DNA from: Myxococcota bacterium
Lineage (GTDB): Bacteria > Myxococcota_A > SURF-8
Length of the DNA stretch: 64,000 nucleotides
Direction: 5' to 3'
NCBI GenBank assembly: GCA_965140415.1
Contig: OZ223209.1
Coordinates: forward strand, 4,352,001-4,416,000
Shown piece by piece: positions 1-10,048 of this stretch. Position 1 is the first letter of the stretch. Each line of letters begins with the position of its first letter. A program made the translations under genes and the position numbers. Under the pieces are notes generated by a model. It was not told where the DNA came from and did no database searches. It worked only from the letters and a program-made list of their open reading frames with translations.

Positions 1-822
1 CAACCGGTGCAGACGCAATGGGAGGCCAAACCGCACCTGCTTCTGGTGCCATTTGAAGAGATGCATTCCCTGCCCTTCTCCGCCTTCGGTATGAAGGATC
101 AGCCGTTGCTCGACCAGCGCGCGGTGCAGTATCTTTCAAGCGTGAATCAGCTACGTTTCGTAAAACCGCAAGAAAAATGGGAGGACATCCGGGAAAAAGG
201 GCTGGCTTTCGGCTATGACAGCAAAGAGGACTCCACGCCGCTACCTTTCATTCATCAGGAACTATCCGCATTTTCATACACCTTCCCGCAGGCGACGACG
301 CGCACAGGTGAACTAGCCACGGAAACAAGCTTCAAACATCTTGCGCCAACGGCATCCTGGTTGCATCTCGCCGCCCACACGACACTGGACCCGGTGCATC
401 CGTTGAACTCCGCCATACAGCTTGCGGATGGCAAGGGTGAAGATGGCAAGGTACAGATAAAGGAAGTGTTGCAGCTCGGCTTGAAAAGCGAGTTGACCGT
501 GCTTTCCGCCTGTAATACGGCCAATGGAGATACTGGTTCGGGAGATGAAATCATTGGGCTTAACCGGGCTTTTCTGACTGCCGGCTCCAAGCAGGTGCTC
601 GCCAGCTTGTGGCGCGTATCCGATTTAACCACTGCCATTTTAATGAAACACTTTTTCCGGCAGTTGAAACACGCACCACCGGCAGTTGCATTACAGCAAG
701 CGCAGCAGATCGTCCGTAAGCTGTATCCGCATCCCGCCTACTGGGCGGGCTTCCGTCTCGAAGGCGCACCCACTGCCGAAGAGCAAACCGGCAAAACAGA
801 ACAATCGGCAAACAATCCGTGA
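1..822 (+). CDS. CHAT domain (caspase-like, clan CD) protein, C-terminal part; 5' truncated by window
   Basis: Frame is open from base 1. Motifs HLLLVPFEEMHSLPF, WLHLAAH (His), LTVLSACNT (Cys), ASLWRVSD and HPAYWAGF are typical of CHAT. Confidence 0.92.
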   Translation, partial: QPVQTQWEAKPHLLLVPFEEMHSLPFSAFGMKDQPLLDQRAVQYLSSVNQLRFVKPQEKWEDIREKGLAFGYDSKEDSTPLPFIHQELSAFSYTFPQATTRTGELATETSFKHLAPTASWLHLAAHTTLDPVHPLNSAIQLADGKGEDGKVQIKEVLQLGLKSELTVLSACNTANGDTGSGDEIIGLNRAFLTAGSKQVLASLWRVSDLTTAILMKHFFRQLKHAPPAVALQQAQQIVRKLYPHPAYWAGFRLEGAPTAEEQTGKTEQSANNP

Positions 823-913
823 TTTCGGTTGCACATCCGGCGGTTCTTTTTGTACCATAAGACCGGTCTCCCAATCTGTATCGGTTTTACTTGTGACGAT
901 TCATAGAACAGGA

Positions 914-1621
914 ATGGAAAGAATGGAAACGAAAACGGATCACGTACAACTCGGGATGGAAGCGTATCGTCAGGGTGATTTCAAACGCGCCTTGCATCAT
1001 TTCAATGAAGTCATGCAACAAAGCGATCAATACGCCGACATCTACAACCTGATGGGCGTGATTCACCAGCGCAGCGGTAACCTGTTAGCCGCGCGCCCAG
1101 CTTTCGAACAAGCGTTGAAAATCAATCCCGATTTCGAAGAGGCGCGTTTCAACCTGCTGATCTGCCTGAACGAATTAGGCGAGAACAGCCACCCCGATGT
1201 CGCTCCCGATAAATTCAACGATGCGCCGGAACCAGGTGAGTTATCCAAAAGCGTCAAAGGTCGGCTGGCCAACATGCATCGCGATATCGGCCAGGTCTAC
1301 CTGGACTTCGGACATTTTCAGCAGGCCGAGCAGCAATTCGTGGAGGCGTTGCATCTGCGTCCCAGTTTCCACGACATCCGCCTGACTTACGGCAATAGCC
1401 TGCGCGTGCAAAACAAGTTGGAACAAGCCATCGAACAGTACGAACTCATTTTAAAACAAAAACCGGATTATCATCTGGCGCGTACGTTTTTGGGGCTGTG
1501 CCATTTTCTGCAAGGCCAAAAGGAAGAAGCAGAGCGCTGCTGGCAACAGGTACTCGAAGCAGACCCAGAGCAAAAGCTCGCCATTACTTACATGTCCAAC
1601 CTGAAAGCAGATCGCGTCTGA
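914..1621 (+). CDS. Tetratricopeptide repeat protein
   Basis: Multiple TPR-like units (YADIYNLMGVIH..AFEQALKINPDF, FVEALHLRPSF, WQQVLEADPE). Start at ATG 914 or 923 rather than the ORF-track start at 686. Confidence 0.88.
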   Translation: MERMETKTDHVQLGMEAYRQGDFKRALHHFNEVMQQSDQYADIYNLMGVIHQRSGNLLAARPAFEQALKINPDFEEARFNLLICLNELGENSHPDVAPDKFNDAPEPGELSKSVKGRLANMHRDIGQVYLDFGHFQQAEQQFVEALHLRPSFHDIRLTYGNSLRVQNKLEQAIEQYELILKQKPDYHLARTFLGLCHFLQGQKEEAERCWQQVLEADPEQKLAITYMSNLKADRV

Positions 1622-1648
1622 CCGGTCTTTATAGTAGTAGGAGTTAGC

Positions 1649-4375
1649 ATGTCCTCCGCCCGAATCATCGTTCTCTTTTTAGCCCTCCTGGTCCTTATAG
1701 CTAGTACAACAACCGATCTGCACGCTCAAAGCGAGACAGGCGATTTCTACCTGCTGCCAATCACAGAACGAGCGCAAGTCGATCTGATCGGCATGGCGGG
1801 TGTCAGTGTCCGTCATCGCACCAAAGCCGGTGCAGTGGTTCGCGTATCGGATCTGCAACTCAAACGCCTACAAGCGCTTGGCTTCAGCACACAATATCTA
1901 CCGCGAGATCCGGCACTGCCGTCGGAAGATGCAATGACGAAGGTTTCTTTCGCCGATAACGAAGACGTGGATGCCACCTTCGCCCAAATCGTCCTTGCTC
2001 ATCCAGACATTGCCCGGCGTTATACGATCGGGGCAAGCGTCTACAATCGCCCGATATATGGACTTCTGCTCAGCCGAAATCCGGACATCGACGAAGACGA
2101 AGTCGAATTCCGCGTGGCGGGCTGCCACCATGGCAATGAATTCATGTCGATTGAAATTCCCCTCGCGTTGGCCCGAAAATTGGCGGATGAGTATGGCCAG
2201 GATGCCGAAATTACTGAACTGATCGACAACATGGAAATCCACATCATTCCTCTGGTCAATCCAGATGGACGCGCGAACAACTTCCGACCCAATGCCAATG
2301 CCGTCGATCTGAACCGCAACTACGGCTACCAGTATCATTCGGACAGTTATAGTGGAGAGTGGGGAGGCGATGGTCCCTACACCCAGCCTGAAACGCGGGC
2401 TTTTGCCGATCATCACTTTCAGCACAATTTCACTCTTTCCTTCTCCTATCACACCACAGCCGCTTACATGAATTACCTGTGGAACTTCGCAGCACGACCG
2501 ACACCGGATGAAACACTGATCATCGAGCTTTCCGAGCGCTACGCCGAAATAGTTCAGGATCTGCAACCGTACGACCCACACAGTTACGAGTATTTTACCG
2601 CCATCAACGGCTACGACTGGTACCAGACTTACGGCGACACCAACGACTTTTCCTACGGCACCACCGGCGACATCGACTGGACCATCGAAACCGGCAACAG
2701 CGATATTCCGCTGGAAACCAGTTCCCACGTTCCCGCCCTGCTCGACGCCTTGCAGCAAGCCAGACGCGGGCTTCGGGGCGTCGTTACGGACGCAGACAGC
2801 AATGCGCCTCTATTTGCGATGGTCCGCTGCGATAATGCTGCCTGGCCGGTTTACACGGACCCCGACATCGGCGATTTTCATCGCGTACTGCCTGCCGGAA
2901 CGAGTTCCTGTCGTGTGTGGAGCACGGGTTACGCCGAACAGAACCTGCCGGAAACCACGATCACAACGGGAGAAGCCACAAGACGTGATATCTCCTTGAT
3001 ACCGAACGGTCGCTATTACGGTATGCGCGTGATGGCTCTGACCACGGATGAAACCAATCCGACGGAAAGCTACGAACTACTTGGTCCCGCCGATGACACG
3101 AGTTTCTCTCTGGGCCATGACGGCGACGTCGTTGTGGATATGGCATTACCGATTCGAGATCATATCGGAAATGAACTCATGGTGCATGAAGGCGCACCGT
3201 ATGGCGGGGAACGCTACCGGGTGTATGTTTCCAACGACTACCCAAATCACGATGAAATCGCCTGGCTGTATCTGGGCGAAGGTCATGGCACGACCAGCTT
3301 CGATTTGGCTTCCTTGGGACCGAATGTCGAAGTCCGCTACGTGCGTGTGATCGATCTCGGAGACAGCACCAGTGGTACCCGACCTGGAGCGGATATCGAC
3401 GCCATTCGCTACCTGCCCGCACCGGAACAAACCGACGGCGACTTTGACGAAGAGGTAGCTCCCGAGTTCGAACAGGATGAAGAATGGGAGTTCGACGTGG
3501 AACCGGAATATGACGCAGAACCGGAATTGGAACCTGATGAAGAACGGTCGGAAAAATTGGAGAGCGAATGGCCACAGGATGGCGATCTGGATGAGCCTCC
3601 CGTTTCCGATGGCGACGAAGAAACGATGGAAGTTTCGGAAACAGACGCAGATTCCATGTTACCGGATGGCGATGAGGAAGCGGAACGTCCCATCGATGGC
3701 GATTTCGACTCGGATTTGCCTGTTGATGGAGACTTACCCACTGATGGCGATGTAGAGCAGGAAACACCTAATTGCCAACCGATTCTCGATTGCTACGACC
3801 TCAACCTGCAAATTACCAGCACCTGCGAACAGTCTGTTATCACTGGCCGCGTGGAAGTACAACCGGATTGCCGTTTGCACCTGAGTACCTGCGAATTCAA
3901 CGATTCCCGCCGCTTCACGCTGGCGCTGGAACAACAGGATGGAAATTTGATCGGCGCACAGGATTGCCGATTTATTGCCAGTGGAACCGGAAGATGGAAC
4001 ATGCAGGGAAATTGCGGCTTCGATAGCGACGTACAAGGCGAGCTTCTGGCAGTGAACTGCACGTCAGCATATGAAGAGCTGAGCTGCGATTACTCGAAAG
4101 ACCCGAGTTGTGGCAGAGTGGATGGCGATATTGAAGAATCAAGCGATGGCGATATGGACTTTGCTCCCCCCGCAGATAACGATCGGATCGAACTTGATGG
4201 CGATCAGAATACGGATGGAGACGACGTAGACGGCGACGACGGCGGAAGCGATGGCTCCGGCGGTGGCTGCCACCAAACCGAGTTCTCCGGCTCTGTTTGG
4301 GTATGGATGTTCCTGTTGCCTCTGCTCCTGTTTCGGCGACGCCTCACCAGAGCATACAAACCGAGCGCGTCTTGA
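1649..4375 (+). CDS. Secreted M14 zinc carboxypeptidase with carboxypeptidase-regulatory-like domain, acidic DGD linker and MYXO-CTERM-like tail
   Basis: Signal peptide; GCHHGNE, PLVNPDG, DLNRN, QPETRA, SYH motifs; C-terminal GGGC-TM-RRR; RBS AGGAG. Confidence 0.9.
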   Translation: MSSARIIVLFLALLVLIASTTTDLHAQSETGDFYLLPITERAQVDLIGMAGVSVRHRTKAGAVVRVSDLQLKRLQALGFSTQYLPRDPALPSEDAMTKVSFADNEDVDATFAQIVLAHPDIARRYTIGASVYNRPIYGLLLSRNPDIDEDEVEFRVAGCHHGNEFMSIEIPLALARKLADEYGQDAEITELIDNMEIHIIPLVNPDGRANNFRPNANAVDLNRNYGYQYHSDSYSGEWGGDGPYTQPETRAFADHHFQHNFTLSFSYHTTAAYMNYLWNFAARPTPDETLIIELSERYAEIVQDLQPYDPHSYEYFTAINGYDWYQTYGDTNDFSYGTTGDIDWTIETGNSDIPLETSSHVPALLDALQQARRGLRGVVTDADSNAPLFAMVRCDNAAWPVYTDPDIGDFHRVLPAGTSSCRVWSTGYAEQNLPETTITTGEATRRDISLIPNGRYYGMRVMALTTDETNPTESYELLGPADDTSFSLGHDGDVVVDMALPIRDHIGNELMVHEGAPYGGERYRVYVSNDYPNHDEIAWLYLGEGHGTTSFDLASLGPNVEVRYVRVIDLGDSTSGTRPGADIDAIRYLPAPEQTDGDFDEEVAPEFEQDEEWEFDVEPEYDAEPELEPDEERSEKLESEWPQDGDLDEPPVSDGDEETMEVSETDADSMLPDGDEEAERPIDGDFDSDLPVDGDLPTDGDVEQETPNCQPILDCYDLNLQITSTCEQSVITGRVEVQPDCRLHLSTCEFNDSRRFTLALEQQDGNLIGAQDCRFIASGTGRWNMQGNCGFDSDVQGELLAVNCTSAYEELSCDYSKDPSCGRVDGDIEESSDGDMDFAPPADNDRIELDGDQNTDGDDVDGDDGGSDGSGGGCHQTEFSGSVWVWMFLLPLLLFRRRLTRAYKPSAS

Positions 4376-5348
4376 GAAACTGTGGAGAAAGATCCTGTAG
4401 TTCCGCTTGCAGGCAGTGACCGATATCGGCAAGCAATAACCAATCTCCCGTTTGGGCTTGCAACTCATTAAATGCAATCCTCACCGGTTCTGTGTCCGGT
4501 TGTGCCCCAGGCAATTTCGCGACGTGCAGCGCGGGAATTCGTTCCGTTAACTTAGAAACCCGTTTCTGCAATGCTCCGCCATCGTCTGGCCAATGGCCTT
4601 CTTTCGCCTGCCATACTAGCGCTGCACAGCTTTTCACCAGCGCGCCACCGGGAATCAACCACAACTCCGAAGGCTCCGCCTCCAGGCGCAAGTCATCCAG
4701 CAGATCGTCCAATTCCGCCAGCTTTGCTTCATCCCGTGCCGATTTCGTCCCGACATGCAGATCCAATTCCAGCGCCAGAATGGGAGCCCCATCTATTTTC
4801 TGTAGCTTTTTCAAGGCCGCAGAAATGTAAGGAATCGCGTTTTCCAGTTGGTCAACACAACCACGTAACCACAATCCCGTATTCTTTTTAAGTTCCTGCA
4901 AATGTGCCTGGATCCAGCTTCCCGCCTCTTCTATGGCTGGGTATGCAGCATCCGAATCTGAAAATGAAAAAGGAAGAAATTGGCGTTTTCCGGCTTCCGC
5001 ATCCAATTTATTTTGCAATTGCGTCACGATGCCGAAAACATGCGGATCCTCGCTTAAGTCGAAACTTCCACCAATACACAACTGACCATCGATTTCGTCA
5101 CAAAAAGACACCCCATGTCCCGACAGCTTTTCGCAGACCTGCACCTGGTGATTGAAAGCCAAAGGATGGATTAGTCGATCCACCTGCTTTAACGCCAGAA
5201 AGGAAAATGCCGTTTCGTTCAATTCCTCTTCGTTAACGACAACCACCGCGCCGGAAGCAGCCAATTCCGTCAATTCTCCACAACGCTTCCACCACCAGGG
5301 CCACAGTTCCTTTTCCGCTCTGTTTTTCGGTCGTTGTCGTAACGTCAT
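4344..5348 (-). CDS. Degenerate diaminopimelate decarboxylase-like (fold III PLP) protein
   Basis: WWWKR..EL N-terminus, LHVGT (cf. HIGS), LWLIPGGALV (cf. LxxEPGRxLV), GDWLLLADIG (cf. GDxLxxxDxGAY). Catalytic motifs are altered. Start uncertain (ATG 5348 chosen). Confidence 0.55.
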   Translation of the reverse strand: MTLRQRPKNRAEKELWPWWWKRCGELTELAASGAVVVVNEEELNETAFSFLALKQVDRLIHPLAFNHQVQVCEKLSGHGVSFCDEIDGQLCIGGSFDLSEDPHVFGIVTQLQNKLDAEAGKRQFLPFSFSDSDAAYPAIEEAGSWIQAHLQELKKNTGLWLRGCVDQLENAIPYISAALKKLQKIDGAPILALELDLHVGTKSARDEAKLAELDDLLDDLRLEAEPSELWLIPGGALVKSCAALVWQAKEGHWPDDGGALQKRVSKLTERIPALHVAKLPGAQPDTEPVRIAFNELQAQTGDWLLLADIGHCLQAELQDLSPQFLKTRSVCMLW

Positions 5349-5560
5349 CCGATCATCCTCTGCTTTCTTGCTTACATCCAATAAACTCGCCGCGCTATTA
5401 TCGGTCCAAGCCGCCAACCCGTCAAGCCGGGTTGTCCTATTTATCTGGTTATATATTCTCACCTTTTGCATCGTTGCAATCCGAGGTGAAATGTCTATAA
5501 TGAAAACTCGACTGGCTGTAGCGTCACCTACAGCTTCACACTGCATGAAAGGTCAATACG

Positions 5561-7888
5561 ATGCGCTACCTGTTAAGCCTGCTGCTGTTGTTGGGACTAC
5601 TGTATTCCTGCGACGACAACTCCACCGGATCGGACGAGACCGACGGCGACAACCTGCCTCCCAATTCGTGCGCAAGCGATGAGGATTGCGCTGTCGGTTA
5701 TTACTGCGATCTCGACATCGAACAATGCCGCGCTTTCGGTAACGGCACCCCCTGCACCGATGACAATGACTGCCCACAAGGCTACGTCTGTGCATCCGAT
5801 GGTAGCTGCGAAGTGGAAACCACTCCACCTGCGGATGGCGATAAGGAAGCGGAATCCACCAGCGATGGAGATCTCGCAGATGGCGACCTGATCGACGGAG
5901 ACCAAATTGACGGTGACCTGATCGATGGTGATCTGGTTGATGGTGACGAGCCGGTGGTGGATGGCGACACCGATCTGCCGGTACGCTGCGACGATCACCT
6001 GCCTTGCACCGAAGACGAATACAACGGTGTGCAATGTGTATTCACCCTGCTGTCGGGATATTGCCTGATCGATGACGTCTGCGATTCGGATGGCCAACTC
6101 AAACCGCAATTTCAATGCAGCGCCTGCCGCTCCGATCTCGTCACGGATGCCTGGAGTAACGCTCAGGACGATCTGCCCTGCGAAGATGGCCTTGTCTGCA
6201 CCACCAACGATCGCTGTCAACAGGGGGCTTGTCTTGGAGACACCGTCTCCTGTGATGATTCGGTGGACTGCACCACGGATCGCTGCACCGAGCCTTCCGG
6301 CTGCCAGTTCGTTCCCGATGATAGCACCTGCCCCGAAGGATATACCTGCGACCCGGATGAAGACTGCACCGCCATTCCCTGCACGGAAAATGACGCCCGT
6401 TGCGTGGACAATGAAGAGCGCCAGATCTGCGACGAAAACGGAGTCTGGCAGACGGATCAGATCTGTTCCGCCCCTACACCGGTCTGCACCGAAGCCGGTT
6501 GTGTCGCCTGTCAGCAGGGAGCGAAACGCTGCGAAGGCAATCAGGCGCTCGTTTGCAATACACAGGGTCAATGGGAATCCGAAACCTGTCTGGGACCGGA
6601 CCCCGCCTGTCAACAGGGAGAATGCGTACCCTGCACGGATGACGATCTCTGGTGCGGTCACACCGGGGACGAAGACTGGGCTTTGTATCGCTGCAACAAC
6701 GGTGAATGGCAGATCGAAGAAGATTGCGAAGGAGACACTCCCATGTGTGGCGAGTTGGATGGTGTGCTGCAATGCCTGGAATGTCCGCCGGGTAGTTATC
6801 GCTGCGATGGTCTCTCGCACCAGGTCTGCGATGAATACGGAATCTGGCAAATCGACCCCTGCCCCACCAATCGTCCTTATTGCGAAAGCGGACAATGCGT
6901 AGTCTGCCTGCTTGGCGATACGCGCTGCGGCGATGTGGAACAAAGCGAAAACGCAAACGACGTCTACACCTGCGAAGGTGGTGAACTCTCCAATCACTGG
7001 GAGTTGCAAGGCCCCTGTCCATCGGAAACCCCCAGTTGCAGCGATGGCGTCTGCGAAGCCTGCATTCCTGGCGATACACGCTGCGCCGACGATCCCGGCC
7101 AAACCGAAATCTGCAACGACGACGGATTGTGGGAAGCGGGCGAGGCCTGCGAAGGAGGTTATTTCTGCGATCCTGAAACAGGAGAATGCGGCGAAGGCTA
7201 CTCGTTGTACTTCGATGGTGAATCCCGCATGGAAATACCGGACAACAACGAATACGACCCCAACGCGGAATTCACGTTGGAAGCCTGGATCTTCCCGTTG
7301 AGCTTAAGCGGCAACTGCGACAGTTCCGGCAACACGGTTCTGGAAAAATGGGACGCCTGGCCCATCGGCACCTACATGCTGGCGGTCTGCTCCGATTTCT
7401 ATGGCCGCCCCAATGTGGCGCGCTTCTATGCCTATGTAGACGACGGCGTACAGGATTATTTCCACTCCAGCAACAACGCCATTGATATCGGCGAATGGAA
7501 TCACGTCGCCGTCGTCTGGGCCGATGACCGCATGGATATGTTCGTTAACGGTGTGCGCGAGCACCACCAACTCAATTACATCGGCTGGAAAACACCGAAT
7601 ACCTACCAGCAAAACGTCCTGGCGGTAGGCCGCCTGAATCAGCGGCTTGGCTGGGGATTTCATGGTTACATCGATGAAATCCGTATCAGCAAGGTGGCGC
7701 GTTACGATGGCGAAAGCTATACCCCGAGCCAGCATTTCCAGGTGGATGGCTTAACCACTGGTCTGTGGCATCTGGACGATGTCAGCGATGAAACGGTCTG
7801 CATCGACTCGAGTTACAATCATAACGGCGATAACAGTTTCGGCGCCAGCTACGATCCGGCAGGTGTCGGCGAAACTCCTGCGGATTGA
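5561..7888 (+). CDS. Cys-rich repeat lipoprotein with DGD pentapeptide linker and C-terminal LamG/concanavalin A-like domain
   Basis: Lipobox LYSC; many Cys-rich repeats; FTLEAWI..W.HVAVV..M.VNG..GYIDEIRIS LamG signature. Confidence 0.88.
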   Translation: MRYLLSLLLLLGLLYSCDDNSTGSDETDGDNLPPNSCASDEDCAVGYYCDLDIEQCRAFGNGTPCTDDNDCPQGYVCASDGSCEVETTPPADGDKEAESTSDGDLADGDLIDGDQIDGDLIDGDLVDGDEPVVDGDTDLPVRCDDHLPCTEDEYNGVQCVFTLLSGYCLIDDVCDSDGQLKPQFQCSACRSDLVTDAWSNAQDDLPCEDGLVCTTNDRCQQGACLGDTVSCDDSVDCTTDRCTEPSGCQFVPDDSTCPEGYTCDPDEDCTAIPCTENDARCVDNEERQICDENGVWQTDQICSAPTPVCTEAGCVACQQGAKRCEGNQALVCNTQGQWESETCLGPDPACQQGECVPCTDDDLWCGHTGDEDWALYRCNNGEWQIEEDCEGDTPMCGELDGVLQCLECPPGSYRCDGLSHQVCDEYGIWQIDPCPTNRPYCESGQCVVCLLGDTRCGDVEQSENANDVYTCEGGELSNHWELQGPCPSETPSCSDGVCEACIPGDTRCADDPGQTEICNDDGLWEAGEACEGGYFCDPETGECGEGYSLYFDGESRMEIPDNNEYDPNAEFTLEAWIFPLSLSGNCDSSGNTVLEKWDAWPIGTYMLAVCSDFYGRPNVARFYAYVDDGVQDYFHSSNNAIDIGEWNHVAVVWADDRMDMFVNGVREHHQLNYIGWKTPNTYQQNVLAVGRLNQRLGWGFHGYIDEIRISKVARYDGESYTPSQHFQVDGLTTGLWHLDDVSDETVCIDSSYNHNGDNSFGASYDPAGVGETPAD
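5864..5953 (+). repeat. Six in-frame 15-bp units encoding DGDxx pentapeptides
   Basis: DGDLA DGDLI DGDQI DGDLI DGDLV DGDEP; codons vary synonymously. Confidence 0.9.
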
Positions 7889-8036
7889 TCGAGTAAAAGA
7901 TTTGTCACTTACTGTGGGAGGGTGATGTAGTTGCGAGTCATTGCATTCTCATCCGTCCTTGACGCCCTCCCCCGCTTCTGTTAACAATGAATCGGAAGGA
8001 TAGGAATAGCTTCGCATCCAACAACAGGAGACAAGC

Positions 8037-9152
8037 ATGGGCGAACTCTTTACGCCGGTCGCAATTCACAATCTGACACTTCCCAACCGTATCATCCGCT
8101 CGGCCACTTGGGAAGGCATGGCCGATGACGATGGCAACGTCGGACCGCAACTCGTTAATTTCTACCGTGAGTTGGCACAAGGTGGTCTGGGTCTGATCAT
8201 CACCGGCTACGCCTACATACGCCCGGACGGAAAAGGTCTGCCGCGCCAGATCGGCGCATACAACGACGAACAGATCAAGGGACTGGCAAGTATCGCCAAG
8301 GCAATTCACGATGAGGGCTCATTGGCCTTTGTACAGATCGTCCATGCAGGTGGGCAAACGTCTACCAAAACGACGGGGCAGATCGAAGTGCTTGCACCTT
8401 CTTCGGTGTATTATCCAAGTAACGATGTCACTCCGCGTGAATTGAGTTTAGATGAATTACCGGGCTTGATGGCCGATTTCGCCGACGCCGCCCGTCGCGT
8501 CAAGGAAGCCGGTTTTGATGGCGTACAATTGCATGGGGCGCATGGCTATCTGGTCAACCGCTTTCTCAGTCCGGCCAGCAACCTCCGCGAAGACGAGTAT
8601 GGCGGCAGCCCGGAAAATCGGGCACGCTTTGCGGTGGAAATCATCCAGGCGATGCGCAAATGCCTGGGCGATGATTTCCCTATTTCCGTCAAGCTCAATG
8701 CCGAAGATTTCGAGGAAGGCGGCCTACAACCTGCCGACGCACTAATTGCGGCGAATCTGCTTGTAAATGCCGGAATCGACCATCTCGAAATCAGCGGCGG
8801 CACTCCGGCTGCGGGGAAACTGGGCGCAAGCCGTCTGGGTATCAACAACCCGGAAAAAGAAGCCTATTTCCGTACACAGGCCGCAGAAATCAAAGCCGCT
8901 ATCAGTTCGATTCCGGTAGGTGTGGTGGGTGGCATTCGCAGTTACGACGTCGCCGAAAGCCTGATCGCAAACGGCGAAGCAGACACCGTCAGCCTGGCAC
9001 GCCCGCTGATCTGCGAACCGCATCTTGCCAAGCGCTGGCAACAGGGTGACCATGCTCCCGCCAAATGTTTAAGCGATTCGCGCTGCTTTGTGGCCGGATT
9101 GAAAGGCGGGATTCAATGCACCACCGCCAAGCAGAAACCGCAAGAAGGGTAA
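8037..9152 (+). CDS. NADH:flavin oxidoreductase (Old Yellow Enzyme family)
   Basis: LPNRIIRSAT, QIVHAG, GFDGVQLHGAHGYL..FLSP.SNLR.DEYGGS.ENRAR; RBS AGGAG. Confidence 0.95.
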   Translation: MGELFTPVAIHNLTLPNRIIRSATWEGMADDDGNVGPQLVNFYRELAQGGLGLIITGYAYIRPDGKGLPRQIGAYNDEQIKGLASIAKAIHDEGSLAFVQIVHAGGQTSTKTTGQIEVLAPSSVYYPSNDVTPRELSLDELPGLMADFADAARRVKEAGFDGVQLHGAHGYLVNRFLSPASNLREDEYGGSPENRARFAVEIIQAMRKCLGDDFPISVKLNAEDFEEGGLQPADALIAANLLVNAGIDHLEISGGTPAAGKLGASRLGINNPEKEAYFRTQAAEIKAAISSIPVGVVGGIRSYDVAESLIANGEADTVSLARPLICEPHLAKRWQQGDHAPAKCLSDSRCFVAGLKGGIQCTTAKQKPQEG

Positions 9153-9301
9153 GTTTCCAATATCCCAGAATGATGGGTTTCCTGATCTTGCCTCTTCTCG
9201 TGATATAGGCAAGATCGGTTGTAATCCGACTTGCTGTTAATTCCTACCCCGCTTTCATTCAACTGGGTGCATCACAAGAAGTTGCAAACCTGTATGATTT
9301 T

Positions 9302-9358
9302 AGGGTGGCGCGGGCTAAGCCGCAGGCTTGCCCGTGTTAAAGAGCCACATGGGCAAGC
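9302..9358 (+). repeat. 57-bp palindromic dispersed repeat (REP/REPIN-like), copy 1
   Basis: 51/57 identical to the reverse complement of 61666-61722; forms alternative hairpins. Confidence 0.85.
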
Positions 9359-9559
9359 TCCGTTTCTCTTCGCTTGTCCAATAATTCCCGTCGCTTGCAT
9401 TTGACTGACCTTTTCCCTTGCACTATCCAACCAAAGCAGGGACAATAAGAAAATCAAGTAGTGAACTGGACGGGAGGCAGTAGCAATCGGCTTGTTGTAT
9501 CCGAAATGTGTCTTCCGATCGAAACAGAACCGGCAACTGAACCGCATTGGGAGGAAACG

Positions 9560-9982
9560 ATGCCGATCAAGGCTTTTTTCGTGACACTGTTTGTTATGTT
9601 CGTTTTATGCGCCTGCGGCGACAAAGTCGATCCCGGTGATGCCGTGACCCTTCCGGATGGAGATGGAACGGAGCAGGCGAACTGCATCGCCTATCAAAGT
9701 CGCATCAAGGATATCCTCGACGCGCGCTGCATCTCCTGTCATTCTTCGGCACTTGTGGGTTCCGATCGCAATAGCGCTCCGGCGGGTTACGACTACAATA
9801 CCTATTCCAACACCGTCGCCACCGCCGATTCCGCCAATAGCGCCATCCAGAACGAATCCATGCCCAAAAACGGAAGCATGCCGGAGTCCGAACGCGCCGA
9901 CTTTCAATCCTGGATCGAATCTGGCACTCCTGGTATTTGCACGACAGGCAGTGACGGAGATCTGGACAGCAGCGAAGAATAA
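9560..9982 (+). CDS. Monoheme c-type cytochrome lipoprotein
   Basis: Lipobox LCAC; CISCH heme motif; distal SMP; W(I)..G tail; RBS GGAGG before ATG 9560. Confidence 0.85.
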   Translation: MPIKAFFVTLFVMFVLCACGDKVDPGDAVTLPDGDGTEQANCIAYQSRIKDILDARCISCHSSALVGSDRNSAPAGYDYNTYSNTVATADSANSAIQNESMPKNGSMPESERADFQSWIESGTPGICTTGSDGDLDSSEE

Positions 9983-10048
9983 CCCCTGTTTATCACTCAC
10001 CTCCATCCTATCGAACTTGTTGGGTGATATAAAAGGAGACGGATTAAA

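Noticed and set aside
5597-7102. Long antisense ORF (501 aa) and similar shadow ORFs (e.g. 1898-2758, 54283-55179)
   Set aside because: They lie opposite well-supported genes, lack motifs and are expected from codon bias.
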